The notes below the pieces were generated by a model. That model did no database searches. It saw only the letters and a program-made list of their open reading frames with translations, and was not told the origin of the DNA. 64,000 nucleotides of DNA from an uncultured Negativicutes bacterium (GTDB lineage Bacteria; Bacillota; Negativicutes; JBAXTZ01): NCBI GenBank assembly GCA_963721525.1, contig CAVRJL010000006.1, positions 1 to 64,000 of the forward strand, in the 5' to 3' direction. This document shows positions 19,217 to 29,900 of this stretch, piece by piece (positions within the stretch are counted from its first letter, which is position 1; the number at the start of each line of letters is the position of its first letter). Position numbers and translations under genes: made by a program.

Positions 19217-19915
19217 CTATAGTATTATTTTAAGATTATTTTTTATTTCATCGTATGTATTATAAAAAAATATATTTTTATTTAAATAAATAATTTTTTT
19301 GGTAAACTTAAAAATATTTTCCATATCATGACTAACCATCAATATATTTATATGCATAACTTCTTTCAATTGTATCAGCAGCTTAAATATTTTTAAGCGA
19401 GCATCAATATCAACTCCACTTATAGGCTCATCTAAAAGTAATAAACGAGGATTCCCAGCTAAAGCTTTAGCCACCATTAACCTTTGTTGCAATCCTCCAC
19501 TTAATTCATCCACACGTAAATTCATATATTCAATTAATCCTGTCATTTCAAGCATATGCTGAACTATATGCTTACGCTTATTAAAATCTAATCTCCACGC
19601 TCCTAATTCAACAATTTCTCTGGCTATTAAAGGAAACCCTTTTATATTATCTATGTAATTTTGAGGTACATAAGCAACTATACCTGCTTCTATTGCTTCT
19701 TCTACTGAAAGATTGAATAATTTTATTTCTCCATCTAAAGGTTTTATTAAACCACAAAGTAATTTTAAAAAAGTAGTTTTACCAGCTCCATTAGGCCCAA
19801 TTATTGCTGTAAATTCTCCTGTAGAGATTTTTAAATTTATATTTTTTAGTAATAAGTGTCCATTATAGCTAAAACTTACATTATTCACTTTAATTATGTT
19901 CATTTTTGCTCCCAC
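19217..19915 (-). CDS. znuC: Zn/Mn ABC transporter ATPase (ZnuC-like)
   Basis: GPNGAGKTT, YVPQ, LSGG, LLLDEP and SHD motifs. Confidence 0.85.
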   Translation of the reverse strand: MGAKMNIIKVNNVSFSYNGHLLLKNINLKISTGEFTAIIGPNGAGKTTFLKLLCGLIKPLDGEIKLFNLSVEEAIEAGIVAYVPQNYIDNIKGFPLIAREIVELGAWRLDFNKRKHIVQHMLEMTGLIEYMNLRVDELSGGLQQRLMVAKALAGNPRLLLLDEPISGVDIDARLKIFKLLIQLKEVMHINILMVSHDMENIFKFTKKIIYLNKNIFFYNTYDEIKNNLKIIL

Positions 19916-19962
19916 ACTTAAATGAATCCCCCTTTAGAAAATCAATGATTCACCTGTTATAT

Positions 19963-19992
19963 CAAAAAAAAAGAGGGTTCTTCACCCTCTTC
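19963..19992 (-). terminator. Intrinsic terminator after the NlpC/P60 gene
   Basis: AAGAGGG-loop-CCCTCTT followed by a T-run. Confidence 0.75.
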
Positions 19993-20007
19993 TAAAATAC
20001 TTCTATT

Positions 20008-21060
20008 TTATATTATTCTACGAGCACCTATATACCGTTGAATATAATAACTATTGGATAAAGAATCTATTTTTACTCCTGCTGAATAAGAAGCATGAAT
20101 AAATTTTCCGTATCCCGTATATATACCTACATGCGAAGGCCCTTCAACATAAGTAGTAAAAAAGACTAAATCACCTGGTTCTAATGAAGACTTTTTTATT
20201 TTTCTACCTACTAAAAATTGACTATCAACTGTTCTTGGTAAGTGAAATCCTGCCTTGCCATAAACATATTTAACGAAACCCGAACAATCAAACCCTCTTG
20301 GAGACAATCCTCCACGCCAATAAGGTACTCCCGTATACCTATACGCAATTGAACACAAACCAAAAGATTTAGAAGAGTGCAAATTATTAACTGTTAAAGG
20401 AACAGGACTCTTACCGTGCAACTTTAATTGACATAAACTAGAAGATGTGAAAGAGTTCAAATTAGTTTTTAGCGAATGATGTTTTTGAGGTACAATATAA
20501 TCGATCCCTTTAAAAGGATCCAACATCTCATCGATCGGACTACGAACCTTGCCATGTGATATTATATTTGGGTTCGGCGGTCTTTTCCTTTTTATAATAA
20601 GACAATAAGGAACAGGCTCATAAGGAACAGGACTCTTACCGTGCAACTTTAATTGACATAAACTAGAAGATGTGAAAGAGTTCAAATTAGTTTTTAGCGA
20701 ATGATGTTTTTGAGGTACAATATAATCGATCCCTTTAAAAGGATCCAACATCTCATCGATCGGACTACGAACCTTGCCATGTGATATTATATTTGGGTTC
20801 GGCGGTCTTTTCCTTTTTATAATAAGACAATAAGGAACAGGCTCATAAGGAACAGGACTCTTACCGTGCAACTTTAATTGACATAAACTGAAAGATGTGA
20901 AAGAGTTCAAATTATTAACTGTTATTGGTAAATTTAAGTTGCATGACACTAACCCTCCAATTTTAAGATTAGAACTTAATGTTTGCGCATAGATTTCAGT
21001 TTTAATACAAATAAAACTGAAAAACAGTAAACTTAAAACTAATAAACGATTTTTTTTCAA
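20008..21060 (-). CDS. Secreted NlpC/P60 (C40) peptidoglycan endopeptidase with internal tandem repeats
   Basis: Signal peptide; C-terminal GVPYWRGG..P.GFDCSG, LEPGDLVFF, HVGIY and FIHA. Confidence 0.85.
   Translation of the reverse strand: MKKNRLLVLSLLFFSFICIKTEIYAQTLSSNLKIGGLVSCNLNLPITVNNLNSFTSFSLCQLKLHGKSPVPYEPVPYCLIIKRKRPPNPNIISHGKVRSPIDEMLDPFKGIDYIVPQKHHSLKTNLNSFTSSSLCQLKLHGKSPVPYEPVPYCLIIKRKRPPNPNIISHGKVRSPIDEMLDPFKGIDYIVPQKHHSLKTNLNSFTSSSLCQLKLHGKSPVPLTVNNLHSSKSFGLCSIAYRYTGVPYWRGGLSPRGFDCSGFVKYVYGKAGFHLPRTVDSQFLVGRKIKKSSLEPGDLVFFTTYVEGPSHVGIYTGYGKFIHASYSAGVKIDSLSNSYYIQRYIGARRII
20397..20914. repeat. In-frame 225-bp tandem repeat, about 2.3 near-identical copies
   Basis: AACAGGACTCTTACC recurs at 20401, 20626 and 20851, giving a 75-aa unit. 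Confidence 0.95.
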
Positions 21061-21077
21061 AATTAACCACCTTCGTT

Positions 21078-21200
21078 AGCCTCCGAGGTTAGCTGACGGG
21101 TTAGGGCGGAAGGCGCCCCGACTATTTTATAGTCTTTACCCCTATCATTAAATAAATTTAATGACATTCTTATCCCCCGTACCTTGAATAGGATTAAGCT
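21078..21200 (-). promoter_or_regulatory. c-di-AMP (ydaO/yuaA) riboswitch
   Basis: GCTTAATCC...GGTACGGGGGA...GGGGTAAA...CCCTAACCCGTCAGCTAACCTCGGAGGC, directly upstream of a cell-wall hydrolase. Confidence 0.9.
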
Positions 21201-21226
21201 TTCTTTATAATTTAATATTTAAACTT

Positions 21227-21255
21227 ATTTTACATTGTTTTTATATTAAATGCAA
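21227..21255 (-). promoter_or_regulatory. SigA promoter for the riboswitch-NlpC/P60 transcript
   Basis: TTGCAT-17 nt-TAAAAT. Confidence 0.5.
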
Positions 21256-21411
21256 GAAAAATTTTAAATTAATTTTTTTAAATTTCTTTATAAAAAATAC
21301 TAAAGTAATAAAACACCCATACTCACGAAACTTTATGAAACTTATATATAAAATTGGGACAACTTATTTATTAACTTATAATTAGAACTTATTTTTTTAA
21401 ACTATTTTTTT

Positions 21412-21439
21412 TGGTAAACCACGATGAATTCGAACCATC
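21412..21439 (-). other. Isolated tRNA 3'-end remnant (T-arm, acceptor strand, CCA)
   Basis: GATGG TTCGAAT TCATC GTGGTTT A CCA, with no matching 5' half. Confidence 0.45.
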
Positions 21440-21498
21440 TATATTATATAGTTTAAAAAAAATTAAAGTTTATATATTATCTAGAAACTTTAATTTTA

Positions 21499-23394
21499 TT
21501 AAAATGAATTTCCTAATGAGAAATAAAATTGCCAACCTGCAATATTTTCTAAAAACCAATCTTTTTTAGAATATGGTCTACCTAAATCAAATTTTAATTG
21601 TCCGATAGGAGTGGTAACGCGTGCGCTTACTCCATAATCTGCTATCATTCCATTACTATGAGGACCAGGTACAGGTCCATATAAAGGATTATAAATTCGA
21701 TTCTTTGCCCATATTTGTCCTATATCTGTAAACAAAGCAAAACTAAGTATATTTGAAACAATAGGAATTCTATATTCTATAGTAGAAAAGAATACAGATG
21801 ACCCTGCAAACTGTCCAGTTTTATATCCCCGCAAAGTTTCAGAACCTCCTAAACAATAAGAACTAGTTTCTGGAATATCTTTCCCGAATAATCCATACAT
21901 ATGCCCCAATTTTAACCACATTGCAAGGGTTGTTTTTTTATAAATTGGGGAATAATATTTTATTTCACCAGTTATTTTTTGATAACCAAAATCTCCTCCC
22001 AATAACCCTGATGTTTCTAAATTAAGAGATTGATATATCCCTTTTATAGTATTTATTAACGGAAATCGGCTATCATAATATCTAGACAATATTACTGTAT
22101 TATTAAGTCCAAAATTTTTATTTATATATCCATAATAAGGATTAGGACTACCTATATGGTTACCTTTTTCATCAATTAAATAAAAGTTCTCATAAGTTTT
22201 TTCTGCGCCACCTTTATATTGACAATTATTCAAATTTACACTTAAATTATACCTTTCATATTCTCCTATCATTTTTCCAAATCCAACGCTCATTCCTGTT
22301 TCTTTAATGTTATAAGTGGCTCTAATTACTTTATATCCATCAGGTTTTGTAGAGTCTCCCATGTCAGTTTTAGACGAATGTTTTTCGTATACGTTCCTAA
22401 AATAAGAAATCCCTATTGTTCCTTGTTTATCTAAATAAGGACTCATATAAGTAATAAATTTATTAGTATTCGCTAAATCAGATCCACCTATAGCAAAGCT
22501 AGTTTTTATCTGATCCCCTGTTCCGTATAAATTGTTTTCCTCAATAGATACATTAGCGAAAAAATTAAGCCAACTTTTCGTACCTCCTATGGATAGTCCT
22601 CCACCTATAGAAACTAAGCCTGTTGTCCCTTCTTGAACTTTTATATCAATTTCTACCTGATCAGGCAAACTACCTGGGAAGTAGGTAATAAATATAGATC
22701 CCGCTTTAAAAATCATTAAATTAGTTAATCGCTCATATGAACGAGCATATCTATCTTTATTAAAAGGTTCTCCCTCTTTAAACCGCAACTCGCGTTCTAT
22801 AACATAATTTTTAGTTTTCGTATTACCTTTTATATTGATTTTTTCTATTATTCCTTCGGCAATTTTTATAGTTAATACGCCATCCTCATCAAATTTAACA
22901 TTGCTTATTTTTGCTAATATATATCCCTCATCTTGATATTTTTTAATTAGATCTTTAATTCCTTCTTGTAACTCAGTAATATTTAAAATTTTCCCTAAAG
23001 GTAAGTTCAATAATTTAAATAAGGTTTGTTCATTATACACAGTATTTCCTATAAAAACTATTTTTTTAATAATATTATTAGTTTCGACTTCGTATTTTAT
23101 ATCTTTGCCTCTGTAATTTTTCTTAAATTGCATACCTAATTTAGAAAAATACCCGTTATTCATTAATGTTTTAGTATCTTTAGTTGTCATTTCAGCTGCA
23201 AATACTTTTCCTTTTTTCATTTGTATATTAGACGTTAACAATTTTGTGATCATTTCTCGCGTACCTTTAATTTTTACAGAAGTAATTATTTTATCTATAT
23301 AATTTTGAGCATAAAGACTAGAAAAAAACATACTCCAAAGATAAAAAACAATATTTGCAAATAATACTGCGTTTATTCTTTTGTTTTTTAGCAT
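21499..23394 (-). CDS. bamA: Omp85/BamA outer-membrane protein assembly factor
   Basis: POTRA repeats (GNTVY, GNTKTKNYVIERE), LGGSETLRGY and C-terminal FYFSLGNSF. Confidence 0.88.
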   Translation of the reverse strand: MLKNKRINAVLFANIVFYLWSMFFSSLYAQNYIDKIITSVKIKGTREMITKLLTSNIQMKKGKVFAAEMTTKDTKTLMNNGYFSKLGMQFKKNYRGKDIKYEVETNNIIKKIVFIGNTVYNEQTLFKLLNLPLGKILNITELQEGIKDLIKKYQDEGYILAKISNVKFDEDGVLTIKIAEGIIEKINIKGNTKTKNYVIERELRFKEGEPFNKDRYARSYERLTNLMIFKAGSIFITYFPGSLPDQVEIDIKVQEGTTGLVSIGGGLSIGGTKSWLNFFANVSIEENNLYGTGDQIKTSFAIGGSDLANTNKFITYMSPYLDKQGTIGISYFRNVYEKHSSKTDMGDSTKPDGYKVIRATYNIKETGMSVGFGKMIGEYERYNLSVNLNNCQYKGGAEKTYENFYLIDEKGNHIGSPNPYYGYINKNFGLNNTVILSRYYDSRFPLINTIKGIYQSLNLETSGLLGGDFGYQKITGEIKYYSPIYKKTTLAMWLKLGHMYGLFGKDIPETSSYCLGGSETLRGYKTGQFAGSSVFFSTIEYRIPIVSNILSFALFTDIGQIWAKNRIYNPLYGPVPGPHSNGMIADYGVSARVTTPIGQLKFDLGRPYSKKDWFLENIAGWQFYFSLGNSF

Positions 23395-23420
23395 TTAAAA
23401 CCTCCATATTTTATTTAATA

Positions 23421-23619
23421 AAATTTCTTTGATTATTTGGTTATTTAAATTATTTACAGGAAACACTATATGCTACTTATTACAAAGTGTATATTATATT
23501 TGCACGTAACCATGATTATACTTGAATTATATAGAGGTTTTCAATAAAAATTTCTCAAAAATATTTGCTTACTATTTTATTATGAAATTTCTTTGATTAT
23601 TTGGTTATTTAAATTATTT
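23421..23619. repeat. 35-bp exact direct repeat (23421-23455 and 23585-23619)
   Basis: AAATTTCTTTGATTATTTGGTTATTTAAATTATTT occurs twice upstream of bamA. Confidence 0.85.
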
Positions 23620-24256
23620 GGGCATATGTGTTTCTAAAATTATAGCGAAGATTCGTTCCTAAAAACACGTTACTGCCAAATACGCTATTGCGCGTACAAT
23701 ATATCCAAAAATTATACCCTGTTGAATTTAACGACAAAATAAATTTACTAGTTTCTACCTCTATATTTATTATCCTATTACGAAAAATTCTGTGTGCGAA
23801 AACAATTAACTAAATATTTACTTATGATATAATTGCTAATATAAATTCTTTCTTAAGCAACGAAACAGCTTTTAGACCAAATTTTGCAAGCGTAAATTAT
23901 TAATAGTAGGAATTGGAAATTTTATACTATCAAACAATTAGATATTGAGATTATTTTGAATGTTATTTCAAAAATTAACGAATATAGTAATCTAACTAAA
24001 AATTTATTATAAATTGTAGATATAAGAGTTATTATTAATAAAATTAATTAGTAGAACTGCTTTTAAAAAATAATAAGATTTATATATTAATCTTATTATT
24101 TCTATAAACTTAATAAAAACAGAATAAATAGATGAATCCTTAGAAAAACCCAAACGTTTTTATGAATATATAAAATAATTGCAAAATGAAATAAATATAG
24201 AATAAGTGTTTTATCTGATTTTTTTATATATAAAATTTATGAGTTAAGGAGTTGAA

Positions 24257-24754
24257 ATGAAAATAGCAGTGTGTCCTGGAAGTTTTGATCCCGTTACAAA
24301 TGGGCATATGGATATATTTAAACGTACAATAAGAATATTTGATAAATTAATTATCGCTGTATTTAATAATCCTGTTAAAAATACATGGTTTTCAGTGAAA
24401 GAACGTGTTGAAATGCTAAAAGAAGTTACTTTAAATTTCAATAATAAGAATATTGAAATTATGCATTTTGACGGATTGTTATTGGATTTTTGCAACAATG
24501 TAAACGCATGTGCTATTGTAAGAGGATTGAGAGTTTTGAGCGACTTCGAATATGAATTTCAGCGCGCTCTATTGTTAAAAAAATTTGATGATAAAATCGA
24601 CACAATTTTTCTAATGACAGCAAACGAGTATTCTTTTATTAGCTCAACTAATATTAAAGAATTAGCTTATTTTGGTGGAGAATTAAAGGAGTTTGTTCCT
24701 TTGCATGTTAAAAATAAAATAGAACATAAATGTAGGTGGAGATATAGAACTTGA
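24257..24754 (+). CDS. coaD: Phosphopantetheine adenylyltransferase
   Basis: PGSFDPVTNGH, RGLR..SDFEYE and ISST.IKE motifs. Confidence 0.97.
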   Translation: MKIAVCPGSFDPVTNGHMDIFKRTIRIFDKLIIAVFNNPVKNTWFSVKERVEMLKEVTLNFNNKNIEIMHFDGLLLDFCNNVNACAIVRGLRVLSDFEYEFQRALLLKKFDDKIDTIFLMTANEYSFISSTNIKELAYFGGELKEFVPLHVKNKIEHKCRWRYRT

Positions 24755-25265
24755 ACATTTGCTTGAAGATGAGTGTAAACGATTATTGGCAAAATGTAGT
24801 AGAATGCCTTTTACTTACAAATATTTAATTAACGACTACGAATTAGATTTGTCTATATGCAATATTAAACAATGTTTTCCAGAGAATATTAGAGAAGCTG
24901 AAAAGCTTTATTTAAAAAATAAAGGCTATTAAAACAGACAAAAGAAGACGCAGAAGATATTTTAACTAAAGCTAAGAAAGAAGCAAAAAGTATTATACAT
25001 TATGCTTGGCGAGATGCTAAAAATATAATTGAGCACGCTAAAGATAAGTATAATAAAATTATAAATGAACATAATATTGTATTACAAGCTTAAGAAATAG
25101 CGAATGAGACAATTTATCAAGCTAAAGCTGATAGTGAACAATTTCTTAAAAATATTAATAGTTATTCATTAAATGTGTTTCATTATTTAGAAGAAAGCTT
25201 ATCTAGGTTACAAGAGTCTACAAAAAAATCAGATACATTTTGAAAAATTAGATCAAAAAAAAGTT
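24740..25265 (+). pseudogene. Coiled-coil (DivIVA/ATPase-subunit-like) gene typically following coaD, disrupted
   Basis: SRMPFTYKYLI...FPENIREAE, frameshift near 24925, then EDAEDILTKAKKEAKSII...VLQA*EIA with an in-frame TAA. Confidence 0.6.
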
Positions 25266-25304
25266 AATTAAAGATATTAAGATCAACTCTTGTAAATTTT
25301 CTTA

Positions 25305-26490
25305 TCAAATAATTATGGGCTTGTATAAAAAATCTTCCAGGGGATTTATACCAGACTCAATGCTATATATTTTTGTAGCTTTAATTTCTAAATTCATAAC
25401 TAGATAGCCAAAATTAGTAGTATCTAACTGTTTAATATATTTTGCTGTATTTACAATTAGAGGCAGAGACGCTTTCTTAGAAATAATTTTTAACAAGTTT
25501 TGACCTGTACTGTTCCAAGCAAGCGGTCTTATATATTGAGGTCCATAGTGTTCACACTCACTTAATATGTCTTTGTTTATATTTAATAATATATTAATTA
25601 TTATTCTTTGCAAGCGCGTATATATATATCGTTTGCTTTTTATTTGACTTAATAATTCTCTAATTTTAATATTTTTATTTGATTCTTTTAAAAATTTGTA
25701 TTCTAAACCTTCGTTTATACCAGCGATGTTTCCAAGTTGTCCTGGAGTAATTGAATAAAGTATATAGGATAAAATTTTGTTGAAATTGTCTAAAAAAACA
25801 GGCTTATATTTTTTTAAATATGTTGAATAGATAGAACATATATTTTCAGGAATTGTTTTATAAAGAAGTGTATATTTTTTTCTATCATTTAAAATATTAT
25901 TTCTTATAGACATTGCTGAAGAAAATTTATTTGTTAAAATTTTAGAATTATAAGAATTATTTATACGTTTAATAAGAAAAAGCTCTATTTTACTATTATA
26001 TTTTTTTAATGCTTGTAAGTATTCAATAGCTAATATATTATTAGACGAAAAGATATTTTTATTAATATTTGTAGTTAATATTTGAGCATAATTCATACTT
26101 TTATATTTCTTAAAATTATGTACATTGTCATTTTTTTGTATTAAATTTTTTACTTTTAATAAAAAGTATTTATCTGGTATTTCGGCACCACAAGATATAA
26201 TATTTATAACATTTAAAGATTGTAATAATTTTATGGCATTGGAAGCGAAATATTGGGCACTTCTATTAGTAAAAATAACAGGAATCTCTAAAACAAGGTC
26301 TCACTCCCCCTAAAATAGCGGCATGTGCTCTTAAAAGTTTCTTAAAGCAAGCTGGTTCACCTCGTTGGACAAAATTTCCGCTCATAACAACAATAATTGG
26401 TTGTTTAATAAGTTTTCTCGTTTGTTCGATATGGTATTTATGGCCATTGTGAAACGGATTATATTCAGCAATTATTCCGGTAGCTTTCAT
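25305..26490 (-). pseudogene. tmcAL: tRNA(Met) cytidine acetate ligase TmcAL (YlbM), single frameshift
   Basis: [13 protein letters not shown] and [11 protein letters not shown]; a +1 shift near 26301 resumes DLVLEIP...SAQYFA...SNNILAIEY...KSKRYIYTRLQR. Confidence 0.85.
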
Positions 26491-26936
26491 TTACTATAAT
26501 CAACTCATCATAATATATTTTTTTATATTATACAATATATGCATTGTTTCGAAAATATTAATATAAACATAAAAAGAAAAATATATCTTATTTTTTCTAA
26601 TAGATAATTCAATATTGTAGAATTTGAGCAAATTGGTTACAATTAGTAGTAAAGATCAATTAATAATCAAAATGATAAATAAAAATATAAAATTGCTATT
26701 GTATTGTAAAAAAATATTTAGGTGTAATTTTTTTGAAGAATGAAAAAATTTATATGATTATTTTATTTTTGATTATAATATTGAGAAAAAATTTACTAGG
26801 GTGTTAGATACAACTGCAAATGATCCAGATGTTGTAATTTATGTACAAATGCCAAGATTTTTTACATAAATACATTTGTTATCAAGACAAAAGATAACTT
26901 ATCAAAATCTAATTTTGACCATAAAAAGGATAATTG

Positions 26937-29900
26937 ATGCGCATAATAATAGGTCTAGCTGGAAGTGGGAAAACTACTACTTGTTTAGAAGAAATAGCAA
27001 CAGAAATTATGACTAACCAATTCTGGGGGCCTCTATATTTAATTGTTCCCGAACAGGCTACTTTCGAAGCACAAAAAAAACTTGCTGAAATTTGTGGTAA
27101 AGGTTTTATGCGAGCAGAAGTGTTAGGTTTTCAGTATTTTGCTTATCATATTTATTCAAAAATAGAAAATAAAAAATTTTATTTAAGCGAAGCCGGGAGA
27201 AAGCTTATTTTACGCTATCTAGCTTATAAAAATAAAAAAAAATTTAAAACTTATGGAAAAAATTTTAGTCAGCGAAATTTTATCAGTGAATTAGCTGAAC
27301 AAATAAAAGATTTAAAAATTCATGGAATATTACCATATGATCTTTATAATAAATATTTTGGCTCTGCAAGTGCTAAAGTTAGCGATATTTCTTTGTTATA
27401 TAAGAAATGTGAAGAGTATAAAAAGAAAAATAATTTTGTTGATTCAGATGATTATATGGTAAATTTACCTTTATTAATACCTAAATATAAAAAATTAAAA
27501 GAAGCAAAATTTTGGCTAGATGGATTTAACTTTTTTAATAAACCTCAGTTGAACATTATAAAAGCTCTGCATAATTTAAATGTTGATATTACAATTACCT
27601 TAACTATGGACGATATAAATAATGATTTTAGTAAACATAATAATCTATTTTTTCAACAATACAAAACATTTCAATTTTTTAAAAAAACATATCCTAAAAC
27701 GAAAATTATAGTAAAGAAAGAACAGAAAAGGTTTATTAATAAAAGTATTAAACTAATAGGAAAAAGTATCATAGATGACAAAAGAATAGAAAATGAGAGC
27801 TGGAGAGGAATAAATTTTGCTAAAGCTTTAGATAAAAATGAAGAAGCTGATTGGATAGGTAGGAAAATTATCGAGCTTGTTCGTGATAAACATTTTCGCT
27901 GGCGAGATATTGCTGTTGTTGGACGTAATATCGAACACTATAAAAATACTTTAAAAAATACTTTTAAAACTCATAATATATCTTATAGTTTTGATGAACC
28001 TTATCCAGTAGCGCATAATTGTTTATCTGATTTTATTCGCGCAATAATTGAAATAAAGTTAAAAAATTGGGATTATCAAGCTGTTTTTTCTTCTATAAAA
28101 ACAGGTATGTTTAACGAATTTTTTGATAATTATGAATATGATAAGCTAGAAAATTATGTATTAAAATATGGAATAAAAGGAAAAAACTGGCAAAAGGAAT
28201 TTATTTACGGATTTCAAGGTGAAGAAAAAGAAAAAGAGAAAAGTAAATTAAATTGTGTTCGTGAATATTTAAAAAAAACAATAAATATATTTTGCAAAAA
28301 TAGTTTAAAAGAGACAATAAAAAAATATGTGCAATCTTTAGAAGAACTGCTAAAGGTTATAAAAGCAGAACTATATTTAGAAAATTTGGCTATAAAAGCA
28401 GAAAAAGAGAATGATAAAGCAGCAAGTGCAGGATACAGACGAGTATGGCAAGTTATAAACGAGATATTCAAAGAATTAAAACTAATTTCTAATAATGAGA
28501 AAATATCTTTAAATGAGTTTGCCTCAATTATAAGTGAAGGACTTGATGCAGTACAAATAAAAATTACTCCTCCTGGTTTAGATTATCTAGGGGTTTATTC
28601 TATTGATAGCATGAGAATGCCAGAAAAACAAGCGATATTTATTTTAGGAATGAACGAAGGAATTTTACCGCAGTATGATATAAATGAGTCTAGTTTGTTA
28701 AATCAAAACGATTATGAACAGTTGAATAAAGTTGGAATTGAAACGCCTATAAGTGGTATAGATAAAATATTTGCCGATTATTTTATTTTTTATAGTGCTC
28801 TATCGCAAGCGCGTGAATATTTATTTTTTAGCTATTCATCAATTAACACGCGCGGTAAAATTCAATATCCTTCTTTTTTTTTGGAAAAAATAATAAAAAT
28901 GATGGGAAAAGAATACGATGTTGCCTCCTCTTACAACCAAATTTGCTCTCAACATAATATCAAAACAACTGCTCTTGATTATTTTTCTAGTTTTAAAAGA
29001 GCTAAAAATGAATTTGCGAAACTTGTTAGAGAGGGAATAAAAAGAGAAAGCGAGCTTCCTTATTGGCGCGTTTTACATGAAAAAATAGTTCAGGACAAAA
29101 ATTCAAATATTTATAAAGCTTTAGCTTATAATAATGACAGTGACAATCTTTCTCCAAATATAGCACAAAAATTGATAATGAATGACAATGCATTTGTTGG
29201 CAATGTAACAAAATTTGAAACATATTTTAGTTGTCCTTTTAAGTTTTTTGTCAATTATATGCTGAAGCTTAAAAAACGGGAAAAATTTAACTTAGAGATA
29301 CTGGACGTAGGCAATATTTATCATGAAACGTTGTATTGTATTGGAAAAATTTTTACTGAAAACGGATTTTTAATGAACTTTAAAAACATTGAACAATCTA
29401 ATTTTACGGTAATTTTAAAAAAAATTAGAGAAATATTTGAGACACAAGCGGATAAAATAAAAAATAATTTATTTTCAAGCAATAGTTTTGCTACCATTTT
29501 AAAAAAACGATTGTATAAACGTTTTAAAAAAACGTTTATACAAATTGTTTCCTTTAGTAAATATTCAAAATTTGACACTATTTATTTAGAAAAAACTTTT
29601 GGGAATAAAGATTGTACTTGGGAAGGATTAGAATTAAAAGAAAAAAAAGTTTTAATAAATGGTAAAATTGATAGAATTGATTTACTCAAATTTAATGGGA
29701 AAAAATATGGATTAATAATAGATTATAAAACAAACAAAAGCGAATTGAATTTTTGCGAATTATATTTTGGCTTAAAACTTCAGCTTCCAGTATATTTAGA
29801 AACGTTTTTGCAAAACTATGCTTATAAAACAGAACCAGCTGGAGTATTGTATATAGGCTTGGAAAACGACCGTATAAGCACTGGATACGAAGATGATATC

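Noticed and set aside
20397-20914. Repeats read as a CRISPR array
   Set aside because: The units are 225 bp, contiguous and in frame, with no unique spacers and no cas genes.
26500-26930. Possible DUF177/YlbN remnant upstream of addB
   Set aside because: Only a few scattered Cys codons; no frame that can be supported.
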